Positions 35,249-43,572 of a stretch of DNA of 64,000 nucleotides are shown here, in pieces (positions within the stretch are counted from its first letter, which is position 1; each line of letters begins with the position of its first letter). The notes under the pieces are model-generated. The model was not told the DNA's origin, searched no databases, and saw only the letters and a program-made list of their open reading frames with translations. This DNA comes from a virus. Position numbers and translations under genes: made by a program. The DNA is taken from IMG/VR virus record IMGVR_UViG_3300045988_150172; one strand, given 5' to 3'.

Positions 35249-35868
35249 CATACGTTATGAAGAGATCCAGGAGGGAGGTTGACTTCTTTCTGGTGCAGAG
35301 AGCCATCTGCGGTGATCAAGCGGCCTATTCTGAAATATACAACAGTTACAGCCGATTCGTTCGAAATGCCGTAAGCAGCATTCTCATCAGGGTTCCACAG
35401 GACGTGGATGACGTGTGCATGGAGACATTTGAAAAGGCGTTTCAGTCCCTGCACAAGTTCCAGCCGGACTATCAGCTGTCGGCATGGCTTGTTCGCATAG
35501 CCGTAAACAGTGCCAAGGACTGTCTGCGTAGGCATGGGAGAGTTCAGCTGGTCTCTCTGGACGTGGATGATACCGCTGATGATGCTGGGGTCGTTCCTCT
35601 GGCGGCATGTATAGCCACGGATGACCCACTGCCGACGACGTGCGTGGAGAATGTACAGGACATTGAATATCTTGAGGGGTTGATGCGCCAGCTGCCTGTG
35701 TCTGAAGCCACCATGCTTCGGCAGAAATGTCTTGACGGCATGTCCAGTGATGAGATTGCCGACTTCATGGGTGTGAGCAGAAAGGCCGTCAGACGCTGTG
35801 TTCGTAATGGGCTGAAGCATCTACAGGAGATTGTAAGCATCAATGACATTAGACTTAGAAGCAGATAA
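35245..35868 (+). CDS. ECF-type sigma-70 family factor
   Basis: Region 2 is YSRFVRNAV...DVDDVCMETFEKAF...SAWLVRIAVNSAKDCLRR. Region 4 is LPVSEATMLRQKCLDGMSSDEIADFMGVSRKAVRRCVRNGLKHL. Confidence 0.85.
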   Translation: MTYVMKRSRREVDFFLVQRAICGDQAAYSEIYNSYSRFVRNAVSSILIRVPQDVDDVCMETFEKAFQSLHKFQPDYQLSAWLVRIAVNSAKDCLRRHGRVQLVSLDVDDTADDAGVVPLAACIATDDPLPTTCVENVQDIEYLEGLMRQLPVSEATMLRQKCLDGMSSDEIADFMGVSRKAVRRCVRNGLKHLQEIVSINDIRLRSR

Positions 35869-35882
35869 AACTGAAATACATT

Positions 35883-36158
35883 ATGATTGACACATTAAGA
35901 GCAAAGATTAAGCAGGGAACCATGTCCGTTGACACTTCAACCACCAGATGTGACTACTGGGTGGAGGGTGGAAGCAACGGAATACAGACATTCTTCATGA
36001 CAGCCGAACAGCTCGAAAGGCTGAATGAAAAGTCCATGAAGAAGTTTGGTCGCATAAACTTCAGGAAGAACGTGCTGGAGAAGTGGGTTAAGGATCACTG
36101 GGAGACCGCTGACGTGGACGATGTTGAAGAAATTGAGGATATTGACTATGAAGACTAA
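35883..36158 (+). CDS. hypothetical protein with acidic tail
   Basis: ORF track. Confidence 0.5.
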   Translation: MIDTLRAKIKQGTMSVDTSTTRCDYWVEGGSNGIQTFFMTAEQLERLNEKSMKKFGRINFRKNVLEKWVKDHWETADVDDVEEIEDIDYED

Positions 36159-36630
36159 CAGAGGGAAGTCCAACCTGAACAGTGTGCACAGCACCATTGA
36201 TGACACATCCATTCCGGAGGAGATGGCTTCCTGTATGGTACTGGCGACTGCCATGGACGTAATCATGACGGACGTCTTCAGTAGAATCAAGGCCATCTAC
36301 AGTGCATGCGGCATTGAAATAAGAGGGAATGACGTGCTCAAGGGCTTGAAAAGCTACTGTCAGGCCGTAAAACAGGCTGGGTACTGGTTTGACAGGGAGA
36401 TTGAGCCTAGAAACGTGGACTGCACATTCGGAACATACGGTACGGCATCGTCCTATGACAGCTTTCGTGCAAGGTGCGGTGAGGTGGCTGAAGTCGTATC
36501 CATGATTGTGCAGGCAAGCAAGGATCCCGATGCTCTGGAGCAAATTAGAGCCACAGCGAGAGAAGCGGCACGTGACCGAGGAGTAACCCTTGAAGACTGG
36601 AAAAGACTTCGCCTAAAGACAGATTATTAG
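36148..36630 (+). CDS. hypothetical protein
   Basis: ORF track (36121). The first ATG is at 36148. Confidence 0.5.
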   Translation: MKTNRGKSNLNSVHSTIDDTSIPEEMASCMVLATAMDVIMTDVFSRIKAIYSACGIEIRGNDVLKGLKSYCQAVKQAGYWFDREIEPRNVDCTFGTYGTASSYDSFRARCGEVAEVVSMIVQASKDPDALEQIRATAREAARDRGVTLEDWKRLRLKTDY

Positions 36631-36652
36631 TATAACAAAAATTAGAGTCATT

Positions 36653-37198
36653 ATGAATGTATATGAAGCAGCCCTGAAGACAGTATGTACCGCCTATGAG
36701 ATAACGCCTGAAGTGTTACGTAGTAGATGCAGAAACAGGCGTCTTGCCCTAGCACGATGCTGGTACTGTCTATTGACAGGAAGCAAGCCAAGCGGCAGAG
36801 TGGGTAGATATGTCGGTCGAGATCATGCGACAGTGGTGTATAGTCGTAGAATGATGAAGGACTTGATTGATATATACCCAGTGTATATGGAGCGATGGAG
36901 AGTTCTCAAGGCCATGTTTGAAAAGTACCTTGCGGAGGAGAGCGTGCCGATGCCGTCCATCAGAAGATACACGTCCCTATGGAAGGATTACAGGGATCTA
37001 CTGTCCGCTGCTGAAGCCGCCAGAAGAAATCTGAACGAACTGTCCACGGCCATCGTGGGACAGCAGTGCTGGGTGTGTGAACGGCAGGAGGGGGATCTTG
37101 TGGTCGTGAAGCCCACATCCACGGAATCTGACTATCTGAGCCTGGACGATATGAAGGATATGATCAGAGAACTGCATGGTAACCAGCGTTCAGCATAG
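36653..37198 (+). CDS. DnaA domain IV-like DNA-binding protein
   Basis: RCRNRRLALARCWYCLLTGSKPSGRVGRYVGRDHATVVYSRRMMKDLI parallels the DnaA C-terminal R..i..aRqiamyL...s...IG..fgrDHtTV motif. Confidence 0.6.
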   Translation: MNVYEAALKTVCTAYEITPEVLRSRCRNRRLALARCWYCLLTGSKPSGRVGRYVGRDHATVVYSRRMMKDLIDIYPVYMERWRVLKAMFEKYLAEESVPMPSIRRYTSLWKDYRDLLSAAEAARRNLNELSTAIVGQQCWVCERQEGDLVVVKPTSTESDYLSLDDMKDMIRELHGNQRSA

Positions 37199-37269
37199 AT
37201 GGGTGAGGTGCATAATTAGAACTTATCATCCTCGATAAGCAGAACTTATAGTTGATCATAATTGATAGG

Positions 37270-37314
37270 CACACAGAGAATCCGGAGACTGGTCCTGATC
37301 CTGTGTGTCTTTTC
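37270..37314 (+). terminator. hairpin terminator
   Basis: CACACAG-loop-CTGTGTG followed by TCTTTTC. Confidence 0.5.
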
Positions 37315-37365
37315 GTGTGAACTCCGTAGGATGTTCACACCTGGAACGTTCGAACAGAACGTTCC
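37315..37365 (+). other. two consecutive perfect hairpins
   Basis: GTGTGAAC/GTTCACAC (37315-37340) and GGAACGTTC-gaaca-GAACGTTCC (37343-37365). Confidence 0.7.
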
Positions 37366-37451
37366 CCAACTTCCTGATATTCAGAACATCCCATTATTCC
37401 TATGATAAGTTTTTCTTATAATGGATAATAACCATTCCTTATATGGAGCAT

Positions 37452-37660
37452 ACATAGAGGTCAGGCTGGTATCATATAGAGGGGTGTTTGAGGTCACGGT
37501 CTGGATGGTCTGGGTCAGGTCTGTATCATGTTGAGGTCGGTTTGGGGAGTTAAGGGGGTATTTTGAGGTCGGTTTGATATCATGTTGAGGGGTTGGGTAG
37601 ATCAGTATAGAGGACTGTCTGGGTTCGGTTTAGGTGGAGAGGTTCTGGGTATTTAGAGCC
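37452..37660 (+). repeat. degenerate direct repeats (iteron-like), G/T-skewed
   Basis: TATCATRTWGAGG at 37469, 37523 and 37577 (54-bp spacing). GAGGTC at 37456, 37489, 37532 and 37564. GTCGGTTTG occurs twice. Very few C on this strand. Confidence 0.75.
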
Positions 37661-37781
37661 GTGCGGAACCGTCTGCGTCTAAATCCCTTTCGTTCACGTC
37701 GTGGCTGTTTTCGGGCGAAATTAGCCGATGACAGGGTGTTTCCGACATAGATGCATCACCTATGAGCAGTCACTTTCCTAA

Positions 37782-37936
37782 ACTCCGGGATTTTCGGTAC
37801 TTAACGGAAGCCCATCGGGACAGGCGGATGCCGAAATTTTGTGAAAAACTGGTCGTGAAAATGACGCGAAAAACATAATTCGTTGATAATGAGTGACTGA
37901 TTTCAAATGTTAAGTAGTTGATACCAAAATCCCGGA
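37782..37936. repeat. 12-bp inverted repeat pair
   Basis: CTCCGGGATTTT (37782-37793) and AAAATCCCGGAG (37925-37936). Direct repeats AAATGTTAAGYAGTT at 37904 and 37978. ATCCCGARWTTACG at 37962 and 38025. Confidence 0.7.
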
Positions 37937-38080
37937 GATGTATAAAACGAAATTAAGCAAAAATCCCGAAATTACGTAAAATGTTAAGCAGTTTTTGAAG
38001 TCCGTTCTCATAACTCCCCTCAGGTATCCCGAGTTACGATGATTAAAATTATAAGTTAGTAGAATTCCTTGAAAATTTCA

Positions 38081-38130
38081 TTGGATATTCAAGAAAATGC
38101 ACCAACTTTGCACATGTAATCATTAAATCA
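38081..38130 (+). promoter_or_regulatory. promoter cassette (CCAACTTTG subclass) with conserved leader
   Basis: TTGGATATTCAAGAA, then CCAACTTTG, then GTAATCATTAAATCA. ATG at 38139. Confidence 0.55.
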
Positions 38131-38138
38131 TTGAAATC

Positions 38139-38429
38139 ATGGACACAAAGAAACAGCTTCAGAATCGTATTGATTCACGTGAAACACATATTAGAAACCT
38201 CTCTGCTGAGATTGAAGACCTGACAGCCAAGATTAAGGCTCTGCAGGAATGGCAGGTGCAGCTCAAGGATGAACTTGCCGCCATCAAGGACGCCAGAGCT
38301 GGGATCTATGACAAGTGGTATCGGTATCACAGGGAGGACAATTCACACTATGACACAGCGTGGGAAGTGGAGAAGAGGCTTATGCTGTCAGAGGGGTATA
38401 CAGGTGAATGGAATGTAATAGATGGATAA
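38139..38429 (+). CDS. hypothetical coiled-coil protein
   Basis: ORF track. Confidence 0.55.
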   Translation: MDTKKQLQNRIDSRETHIRNLSAEIEDLTAKIKALQEWQVQLKDELAAIKDARAGIYDKWYRYHREDNSHYDTAWEVEKRLMLSEGYTGEWNVIDG

Positions 38430-38451
38430 GCGTTGCTTATAATAAAAACTT

Positions 38452-38625
38452 ATGGATGATATGAATATACCTGTATGGAAAGTCTCCTATATGGAGCGCG
38501 GCTCATCTGCCGTACACGTCACAACCTACGAGGGTGTCCTGACGCGAGATGAGGTGGCTGAATTCTTTGGTCTTAACAGCCCCGACATTGTATGGTATGA
38601 GGTTGTCCTGACTGGAGTAAAGTGA
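38452..38625 (+). CDS. small hypothetical ORF (57 aa)
   Basis: Hand translation gives MDDMNIPVWKVSYMERGSSAVHVTTYEGVLTRDEVAEFFG... Below the track cutoff. Confidence 0.35.
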   Translation: MDDMNIPVWKVSYMERGSSAVHVTTYEGVLTRDEVAEFFGLNSPDIVWYEVVLTGVK

Positions 38626-38840
38626 AACAGAATAACTGGGTGGCCTGCCATCCATTTATCATATATGATAAATGAAAAATGGATAAGAATGGATTTTTAT
38701 GGAAAGACTGCTCCTATATATAAAGATGAAGTACAGCCAGACGCTCACATCCGAGCAGAAAAAGGCATGCTGTCTCCTTATATGCCTGATGGATCTTATG
38801 GGAAGTAAGAATTCCAAGGAAGATTCTACGAAAATATAGA

Positions 38841-38938
38841 AAATTTCTTGGAAGATTCAAGAAATAGCCCCAACTTTGTATCGTTGGTTCAGCAAGGTGC
38901 TGCCAACAAGGGTTTTTGAAAGTTAATCATTAAAATTA
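38841..38938 (+). promoter_or_regulatory. promoter cassette (CCCCAACTTTG subclass), long leader
   Basis: TTCTTGGAAGATTCAAGAA, then CCCCAACTTTG, then TTAATCATTAAAATTA. ATG at 38946. Confidence 0.5.
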
Positions 38939-38945
38939 TTTCGTT

Positions 38946-39431
38946 ATGAGCGCAACAATCGTTCTTCCAAACACAAATGAATCGCACATCGCACACATCC
39001 TCGCAAAGGACAAGTACGCATTCAAGTACATCAGCAAGGATTATATTCTGGCCGAAATAGGCAATCTCTGTGATGCTGCCCAGAAAGCCAACGCAAACAT
39101 TAGACCGATAGTCGGTCTGGACAGCAAGGACAAGGCAGGACTCCTCAACACCTATGAGGATCTTTATCGGGAATGCAGGGAATATAACTTGGCTCTTCTT
39201 TCTAACAGGCAGATTAAACTTCATCAGTCAGTTGTAAAAAATGCCGCTAGAGCAGCACGCCTACGCGATGCGGAGGAAAGGTTCACACTTTACAGTGAAG
39301 AGCTTGCCAAGCGCGAAGCAGGAGACATGATGGGGTTGGATGCGAAGGGTCAGAAGCATCGCATCGCCAGTCTGAAGCGTAAGATTGCTCGTGCTGAAGC
39401 GAGCCTGATGAAACTTCAGACGAATTCCTAG
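38946..39431 (+). CDS. hypothetical protein with RIASLKRKIARAEA C-terminal motif
   Basis: ORF track. The C-terminal HRIASLKRKIARAEASL is shared with the next gene. Confidence 0.6.
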   Translation: MSATIVLPNTNESHIAHILAKDKYAFKYISKDYILAEIGNLCDAAQKANANIRPIVGLDSKDKAGLLNTYEDLYRECREYNLALLSNRQIKLHQSVVKNAARAARLRDAEERFTLYSEELAKREAGDMMGLDAKGQKHRIASLKRKIARAEASLMKLQTNS

Positions 39432-39435
39432 AATA

Positions 39436-39492
39436 TTTTCTTGGATATTTCCAGAATTCACCCCAACTTTGCAGGCGTAATCATTAAATCAT
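39436..39492 (+). promoter_or_regulatory. promoter cassette (CCCCAACTTTG subclass) with conserved leader
   Basis: TTCTTGGATATTTCCAGAA, then CCCCAACTTTG, then GTAATCATTAAATCA. ATG at 39501. Confidence 0.55.
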
Positions 39493-39500
39493 TATCAACT

Positions 39501-40121
39501 ATGGCAACAATCGTTTCAAACAAAACACAGGAAATTCAGGCAAGGTTCGTACAGGCAGGTTTCACTCCAGAAGAAATCCAGGCAGTCAGGGATGCGTGGA
39601 ATCACGGTCTTTGGGGCGACGCAGAGGTTAGGTTTGCAGATAAAGACGAATATGGAATTGGTGCTTGCACTAATGACATTCACTTGGCAGGCAACTTCAA
39701 AGGTCGTGAGGTAACTAACATCTGTCGTAAAATCGCTAATCGCATCAGGAAGCAGGGGCTTGACTGGATTAATCACTTTAACGATTGGTGGGGTGATGGT
39801 AGTGGTGATATGCTTTTTATCGCTGAAAAGGTAGGATCGTGGGATGAGCTCACGGAGTGGGCACGAACCACTCCGGAGGAAATCCATGCGGCTATGGCTG
39901 CTGTCGAAAGTAAGGCATGCAAGGCTGAGGAAAGCCAGCGTGAGCACAGCGAGCGCATCAAGGCCGTTGAGGACAGGCGCAACAACTATGTGGCAGAGTT
40001 CCAGAAGTGTCAGGACAGAAAGCGTATCGCATCCCTGAAGCGCAAGATAGCCAGAGCGGAAGCCAGACTGGAGGTGCTTCGCTCCATTGACAGTCTGTTT
40101 CAGAAACCTGAAGAAAAATAG
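39501..40121 (+). CDS. hypothetical protein with RIASLKRKIARAEA C-terminal motif
   Basis: The track ORF 39441 begins inside the promoter cassette. The first ATG is at 39501 (MATIVSNK). Confidence 0.6.
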   Translation: MATIVSNKTQEIQARFVQAGFTPEEIQAVRDAWNHGLWGDAEVRFADKDEYGIGACTNDIHLAGNFKGREVTNICRKIANRIRKQGLDWINHFNDWWGDGSGDMLFIAEKVGSWDELTEWARTTPEEIHAAMAAVESKACKAEESQREHSERIKAVEDRRNNYVAEFQKCQDRKRIASLKRKIARAEARLEVLRSIDSLFQKPEEK

Positions 40122-40128
40122 AGAAAAG

Positions 40129-40180
40129 TCCTGGGAAATCCAGGACTTCCCATTATATTTGCATCGTAATCATTAATTCA
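40129..40180 (+). promoter_or_regulatory. promoter cassette with conserved leader
   Basis: Palindrome TCCTGGGAAATCCAGGA, TATATTTG at 40154-40161, then GTAATCATTAATTCA. ATG at 40189. Confidence 0.55.
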
Positions 40181-40188
40181 CACACGTT

Positions 40189-41088
40189 ATGTCACACTTC
40201 AACAACATCACATCGTTCCAGAACCTCAAGGATCAGTACAGAACCCTCGCCATGGCAAACCACCCTGACAGGGGCGGTGACACTGCCACCATGCAGGAGA
40301 TCAATGCCGAATACAGCCGCCTGTACGCCATCTGGGTAAACAGAATAGAGGATGCAAACGTTCGTCCTACGATGACTGCCGAGCAGTCCATCCGTCACTT
40401 CTACACGCAGAACGGCTGGGAGGGATCCAACTATGACTCCAGTCTCAGCACCAAGGACATCGCCGCGCTGGTTCGTGAATACTGCAAGCAGAACTGGAAC
40501 CAGTGGAGGTTCTCCATCAGATGCCACTTCGCCTCCATGTGCAGCGAGATCAGCGTTCATCTCAAGGGCGGTCCGATAGCTTCAGGTCTGGTCGGTGAGC
40601 AGGGCACGTGCTGTCAGGAGTTCGGCTACCAGACGAGATACCAGTACAGAAGTGAGCGTGACGAAAGAGTAGCACCCGAAGCGGAGATCGTGATGCAGGA
40701 CGTCATCGCCTATCTCCAGTCCTTCAACTATGACGACAGCGACGGCATGATTGACTACTTTGACACGAACTTCTACATTCACGAGTGCATCGCTGGCAGC
40801 ATGGAGTGGAAGCACATTCAGAAGCAGGCTCGCATCACAGCCCCACAGCCTACACCAAGCGAGGAACAGGCCGCTGCCCCACAGCTGGGGGAGGGTGTGG
40901 ACATCATCACCTATTCTGACAGAGCTCTGGCCGTGGTAGGTGACACCAAGCCGCTGAGAGCACGTCTCAAGGAGCTCAAGGGTCGCTTCAATCCAGGCCT
41001 GACGGTGGACGGCATTCGGAGGGCTGGATGGGTGTTCAGCGCAAGGAGCTACACAGCGGACACACTTAGACAGGCGATATTCGCCTGA
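40189..41088 (+). CDS. J-domain (DnaJ-like) protein
   Basis: LKDQYRTLAMANHPDRGGD with the HPD tripeptide, then EINAEYSRLY. Confidence 0.85.
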   Translation: MSHFNNITSFQNLKDQYRTLAMANHPDRGGDTATMQEINAEYSRLYAIWVNRIEDANVRPTMTAEQSIRHFYTQNGWEGSNYDSSLSTKDIAALVREYCKQNWNQWRFSIRCHFASMCSEISVHLKGGPIASGLVGEQGTCCQEFGYQTRYQYRSERDERVAPEAEIVMQDVIAYLQSFNYDDSDGMIDYFDTNFYIHECIAGSMEWKHIQKQARITAPQPTPSEEQAAAPQLGEGVDIITYSDRALAVVGDTKPLRARLKELKGRFNPGLTVDGIRRAGWVFSARSYTADTLRQAIFA

Positions 41089-41180
41089 ATTTGCGTTAAA
41101 TTCGCCAAAATTAGAGAGGTTCACCTCCTATGTGATACAAGTAGTCGGGTAACCTCTCACAATCGTAAATAACGACCAAA

Positions 41181-41522
41181 ATGAAATATCTACAGATTAG
41201 CACAGCATCACGATCCACGTCCGTAACGAATAGAGGGAAAACTGCATCTGATACACAGGCTGGGTTCTTCAGCATTCCAGCCACAGAACTGAGGTCATGC
41301 GTTCTGGACGAGCGCAATGGCTTTCTGACGATTCGGACACCACATGAAACAGTCAATCTCCATTCCACTGGGTGGAAGTGGGAAACCCTGCTGGACTGCT
41401 TCTGTGACGCAACGGAAGCCCTGATGAGCCACTATGCTGACAGGCCGGACGTGAATGACAGAATAACGATAACCGAAGCCGGAGGAATTACAACACTTAC
41501 AAACCTATATTGCAATGAATAG
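41181..41522 (+). CDS. hypothetical protein
   Basis: ORF track. Confidence 0.5.
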   Translation: MKYLQISTASRSTSVTNRGKTASDTQAGFFSIPATELRSCVLDERNGFLTIRTPHETVNLHSTGWKWETLLDCFCDATEALMSHYADRPDVNDRITITEAGGITTLTNLYCNE

Positions 41523-41703
41523 AAGAAAGCAGCACGCCCAGAAGAAAACTGGCTGGGTAAACGTCTATAAGGACTATGACGATTCCATTATTCTTGGTGA
41601 CGTACATGACACTAGAGAAGAAGCTATATCTATTACCAATAAATCACTCACTTACTTGGATACTATAAAAATAGAATGGGAGGAACGATATGGAACAGTT
41701 TGA
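41515..41703 (+). CDS. hypothetical protein with GWVNVY module
   Basis: KKTGWVNVYKDYDDSIILGDVHDTREEAI is repeated in the next ORF. Confidence 0.45.
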   Translation: MNRRKQHAQKKTGWVNVYKDYDDSIILGDVHDTREEAISITNKSLTYLDTIKIEWEERYGTV

Positions 41704-42133
41704 TTTACAGGAATATCTGAAGAACCCTAATAGAAAAGTTGTCACTAGAGCTGGTAAAGATGTGAGGATTGTATGCATAGACGAAAATCTTGATGATCAC
41801 CCAATCGTTGCTCTCCTGCAAGGAAACTTCTGTGAAAATACATGCTTCTATAGAAGAGACGGATTATGGTTAAACGACGTTGAAACTTCAATGGATTTGT
41901 TCTTCGCTTCAGAAAAGAAAGAAGGATGGGTGAATATATATGAAAATTCGGATGGAAGTCTCCAACTTGGTAGGGTTTACACCTCAAAAAAGATAGCAGA
42001 AGATATGTCTAAAAGTGTGAGCTTTACCCTTATATTGCCACAGCAAAAATCGAATGGAAGGAATAATATGAAACCGAGCGAAGATAGCAATAGAAGATTG
42101 GGCAAAGTTAATTTAATCAAGATAAAAGGGTAA
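41690..42133 (+). CDS. hypothetical protein with GWVNIY module
   Basis: KKEGWVNIYENSDGSLQLGRVYTSKKIAED. Confidence 0.55.
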   Translation: MEQFDLQEYLKNPNRKVVTRAGKDVRIVCIDENLDDHPIVALLQGNFCENTCFYRRDGLWLNDVETSMDLFFASEKKEGWVNIYENSDGSLQLGRVYTSKKIAEDMSKSVSFTLILPQQKSNGRNNMKPSEDSNRRLGKVNLIKIKG

Positions 42134-42138
42134 CACAT

Positions 42139-42492
42139 ATGAAAGTTGTTTGTAAAATTTGCGGAGCTGAAGAAGAATCTGAGAAATGGATTCCTCAAAC
42201 CAAAGAAAGGGTTGAAAAAGAACAGATGTGTTTTCGTTGCCTTCACTGGGCAGAGCAGCATCGCTTAGACCTTACCGAGAGGGGAGAACATGGATGGGCT
42301 GTAATCAATGGAGTTCATTATGTTTTGTGTCCGCATACGGATCTAAACTGGCCGCGTGGTATGGGTGGAGCCAAGATGAGAATAAGATTTTTTGATGGGT
42401 ACGAAACTATTTGTGATAATCTTTGGTGTCAGGGAGAAATTCCAAGTGGTCACTGGAGAGACATTATGCCCGATAACGCTAAATTTATCTAG
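42139..42492 (+). CDS. Cys-rich (zinc-binding) protein
   Basis: CKICG and CFRCLHW pairs. Confidence 0.5.
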   Translation: MKVVCKICGAEEESEKWIPQTKERVEKEQMCFRCLHWAEQHRLDLTERGEHGWAVINGVHYVLCPHTDLNWPRGMGGAKMRIRFFDGYETICDNLWCQGEIPSGHWRDIMPDNAKFI

Positions 42493-42498
42493 AAAGAT

Positions 42499-42741
42499 AT
42501 GGAAACAATAGAAGAAAGAGCAAAGGCAGCATCGGAAGACTACAATGATGATGGATATTCAGCAGGTCTTTATATGGGTTATAAAGCAGGAGCAACTGAA
42601 CAAAAAATTATTGATATTAATAAGGCTTGCGAGTGGCTTGATAATTACCTTATGGAGATAGGCTACCCAGATGATTGGATGCGAGATTCTCCAAATATGG
42701 AAAGCGGAAAAGAAAGATTTAGAAAAGCAATGGGATTATGA
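42499..42741 (+). CDS. hypothetical protein
   Basis: ORF track. Confidence 0.5.
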   Translation: METIEERAKAASEDYNDDGYSAGLYMGYKAGATEQKIIDINKACEWLDNYLMEIGYPDDWMRDSPNMESGKERFRKAMGL

Positions 42742-43016
42742 ACATAACTAAAATCAAAAGGCAGTTTGCAAGGACGGAGTCAATGGTGGCAGAAGCTGAC
42801 AGCCAGAGAATGCTCCTATGGAATATGCTTTTACCGTACATGTCCGAGGAGTTTCACGATGAATCCTGTTATATTGATGTGGCGCATGGCGACGGTCTTG
42901 TTGTTGTATTTGAAGAGAAGTTTAATTTTGTCAGAGATTATTCGGTAAGTCAAATTATTGACCTTATTGAAGAGGGTGTGACATGTATAACACCTGACCA
43001 ACTGATACCAATATAA
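42738..43016 (+). CDS. hypothetical protein
   Basis: ORF track. ATGA overlap. Confidence 0.5.
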   Translation: MNITKIKRQFARTESMVAEADSQRMLLWNMLLPYMSEEFHDESCYIDVAHGDGLVVVFEEKFNFVRDYSVSQIIDLIEEGVTCITPDQLIPI

Positions 43017-43051
43017 AAAATGGAAGATTAATTTATAAACTTATAAAACAC

Positions 43052-43561
43052 ATGAAAAATATATTTGAAGACGCCAAGTTCGGTGACATATTTGTTGATG
43101 TGAATAATGGCACTGAAATGAGGTTCGTCATGGCAAATGAAAATGGAGCCAGATTGTTGGAAGAAGATAAGGAAACAGGAAGACAGCGGCTGTGGAAATA
43201 CAGTCTAGACGGAAGAAACGCTGAGGGTGACATTGAAATTCTGCGCAAGGTAGCTCCTAGACCAATAACCTTAGACCAGCAGGGAATCATAAAGTTCCTA
43301 AAGGAGAACCCCATGGACAGATACGTTATTCTTGCAGCACTGCTGGAGGATGACACGATTTCAATTGCGGAACTCGTCAAGCACAAGGAAAACTCTCTTA
43401 AGGAAGTATTGGGAAATAAGACCGAAGAATTGTCGAATGCGTGTGCACTTGTTATACGTTATAAGGAGAGGATCAATACTAATACGGTAGATAATGACGC
43501 ACAGAATTTCCTGGATAATTGTAGTTTTACTGGATTTGCTGGGTACGGCAAAACAAAATAA
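43052..43561 (+). CDS. hypothetical protein
   Basis: ORF track. Confidence 0.55.
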   Translation: MKNIFEDAKFGDIFVDVNNGTEMRFVMANENGARLLEEDKETGRQRLWKYSLDGRNAEGDIEILRKVAPRPITLDQQGIIKFLKENPMDRYVILAALLEDDTISIAELVKHKENSLKEVLGNKTEELSNACALVIRYKERINTNTVDNDAQNFLDNCSFTGFAGYGKTK

Positions 43562-43572
43562 AATATGATATT

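Noticed and set aside
35203-35820. 205-aa minus-strand ORF opposite the sigma-factor gene. Similar long antisense ORFs lie at 40192-40560, 40582-41124 and 46793-47401.
   Set aside because: Each lies exactly antisense to a + strand gene with clear family motifs (sigma-70, J-domain, UvrD). They occur only in the GC-richer segment, where stop codons are rare. They are shadow ORFs.
37199-38138. The island as a retron, type III toxin-antitoxin RNA, or CRISPR-like locus.
   Set aside because: There is no reverse transcriptase, no toxN-like gene and no cas gene nearby. The repeats are degenerate and protein-site-like rather than exact RNA units.
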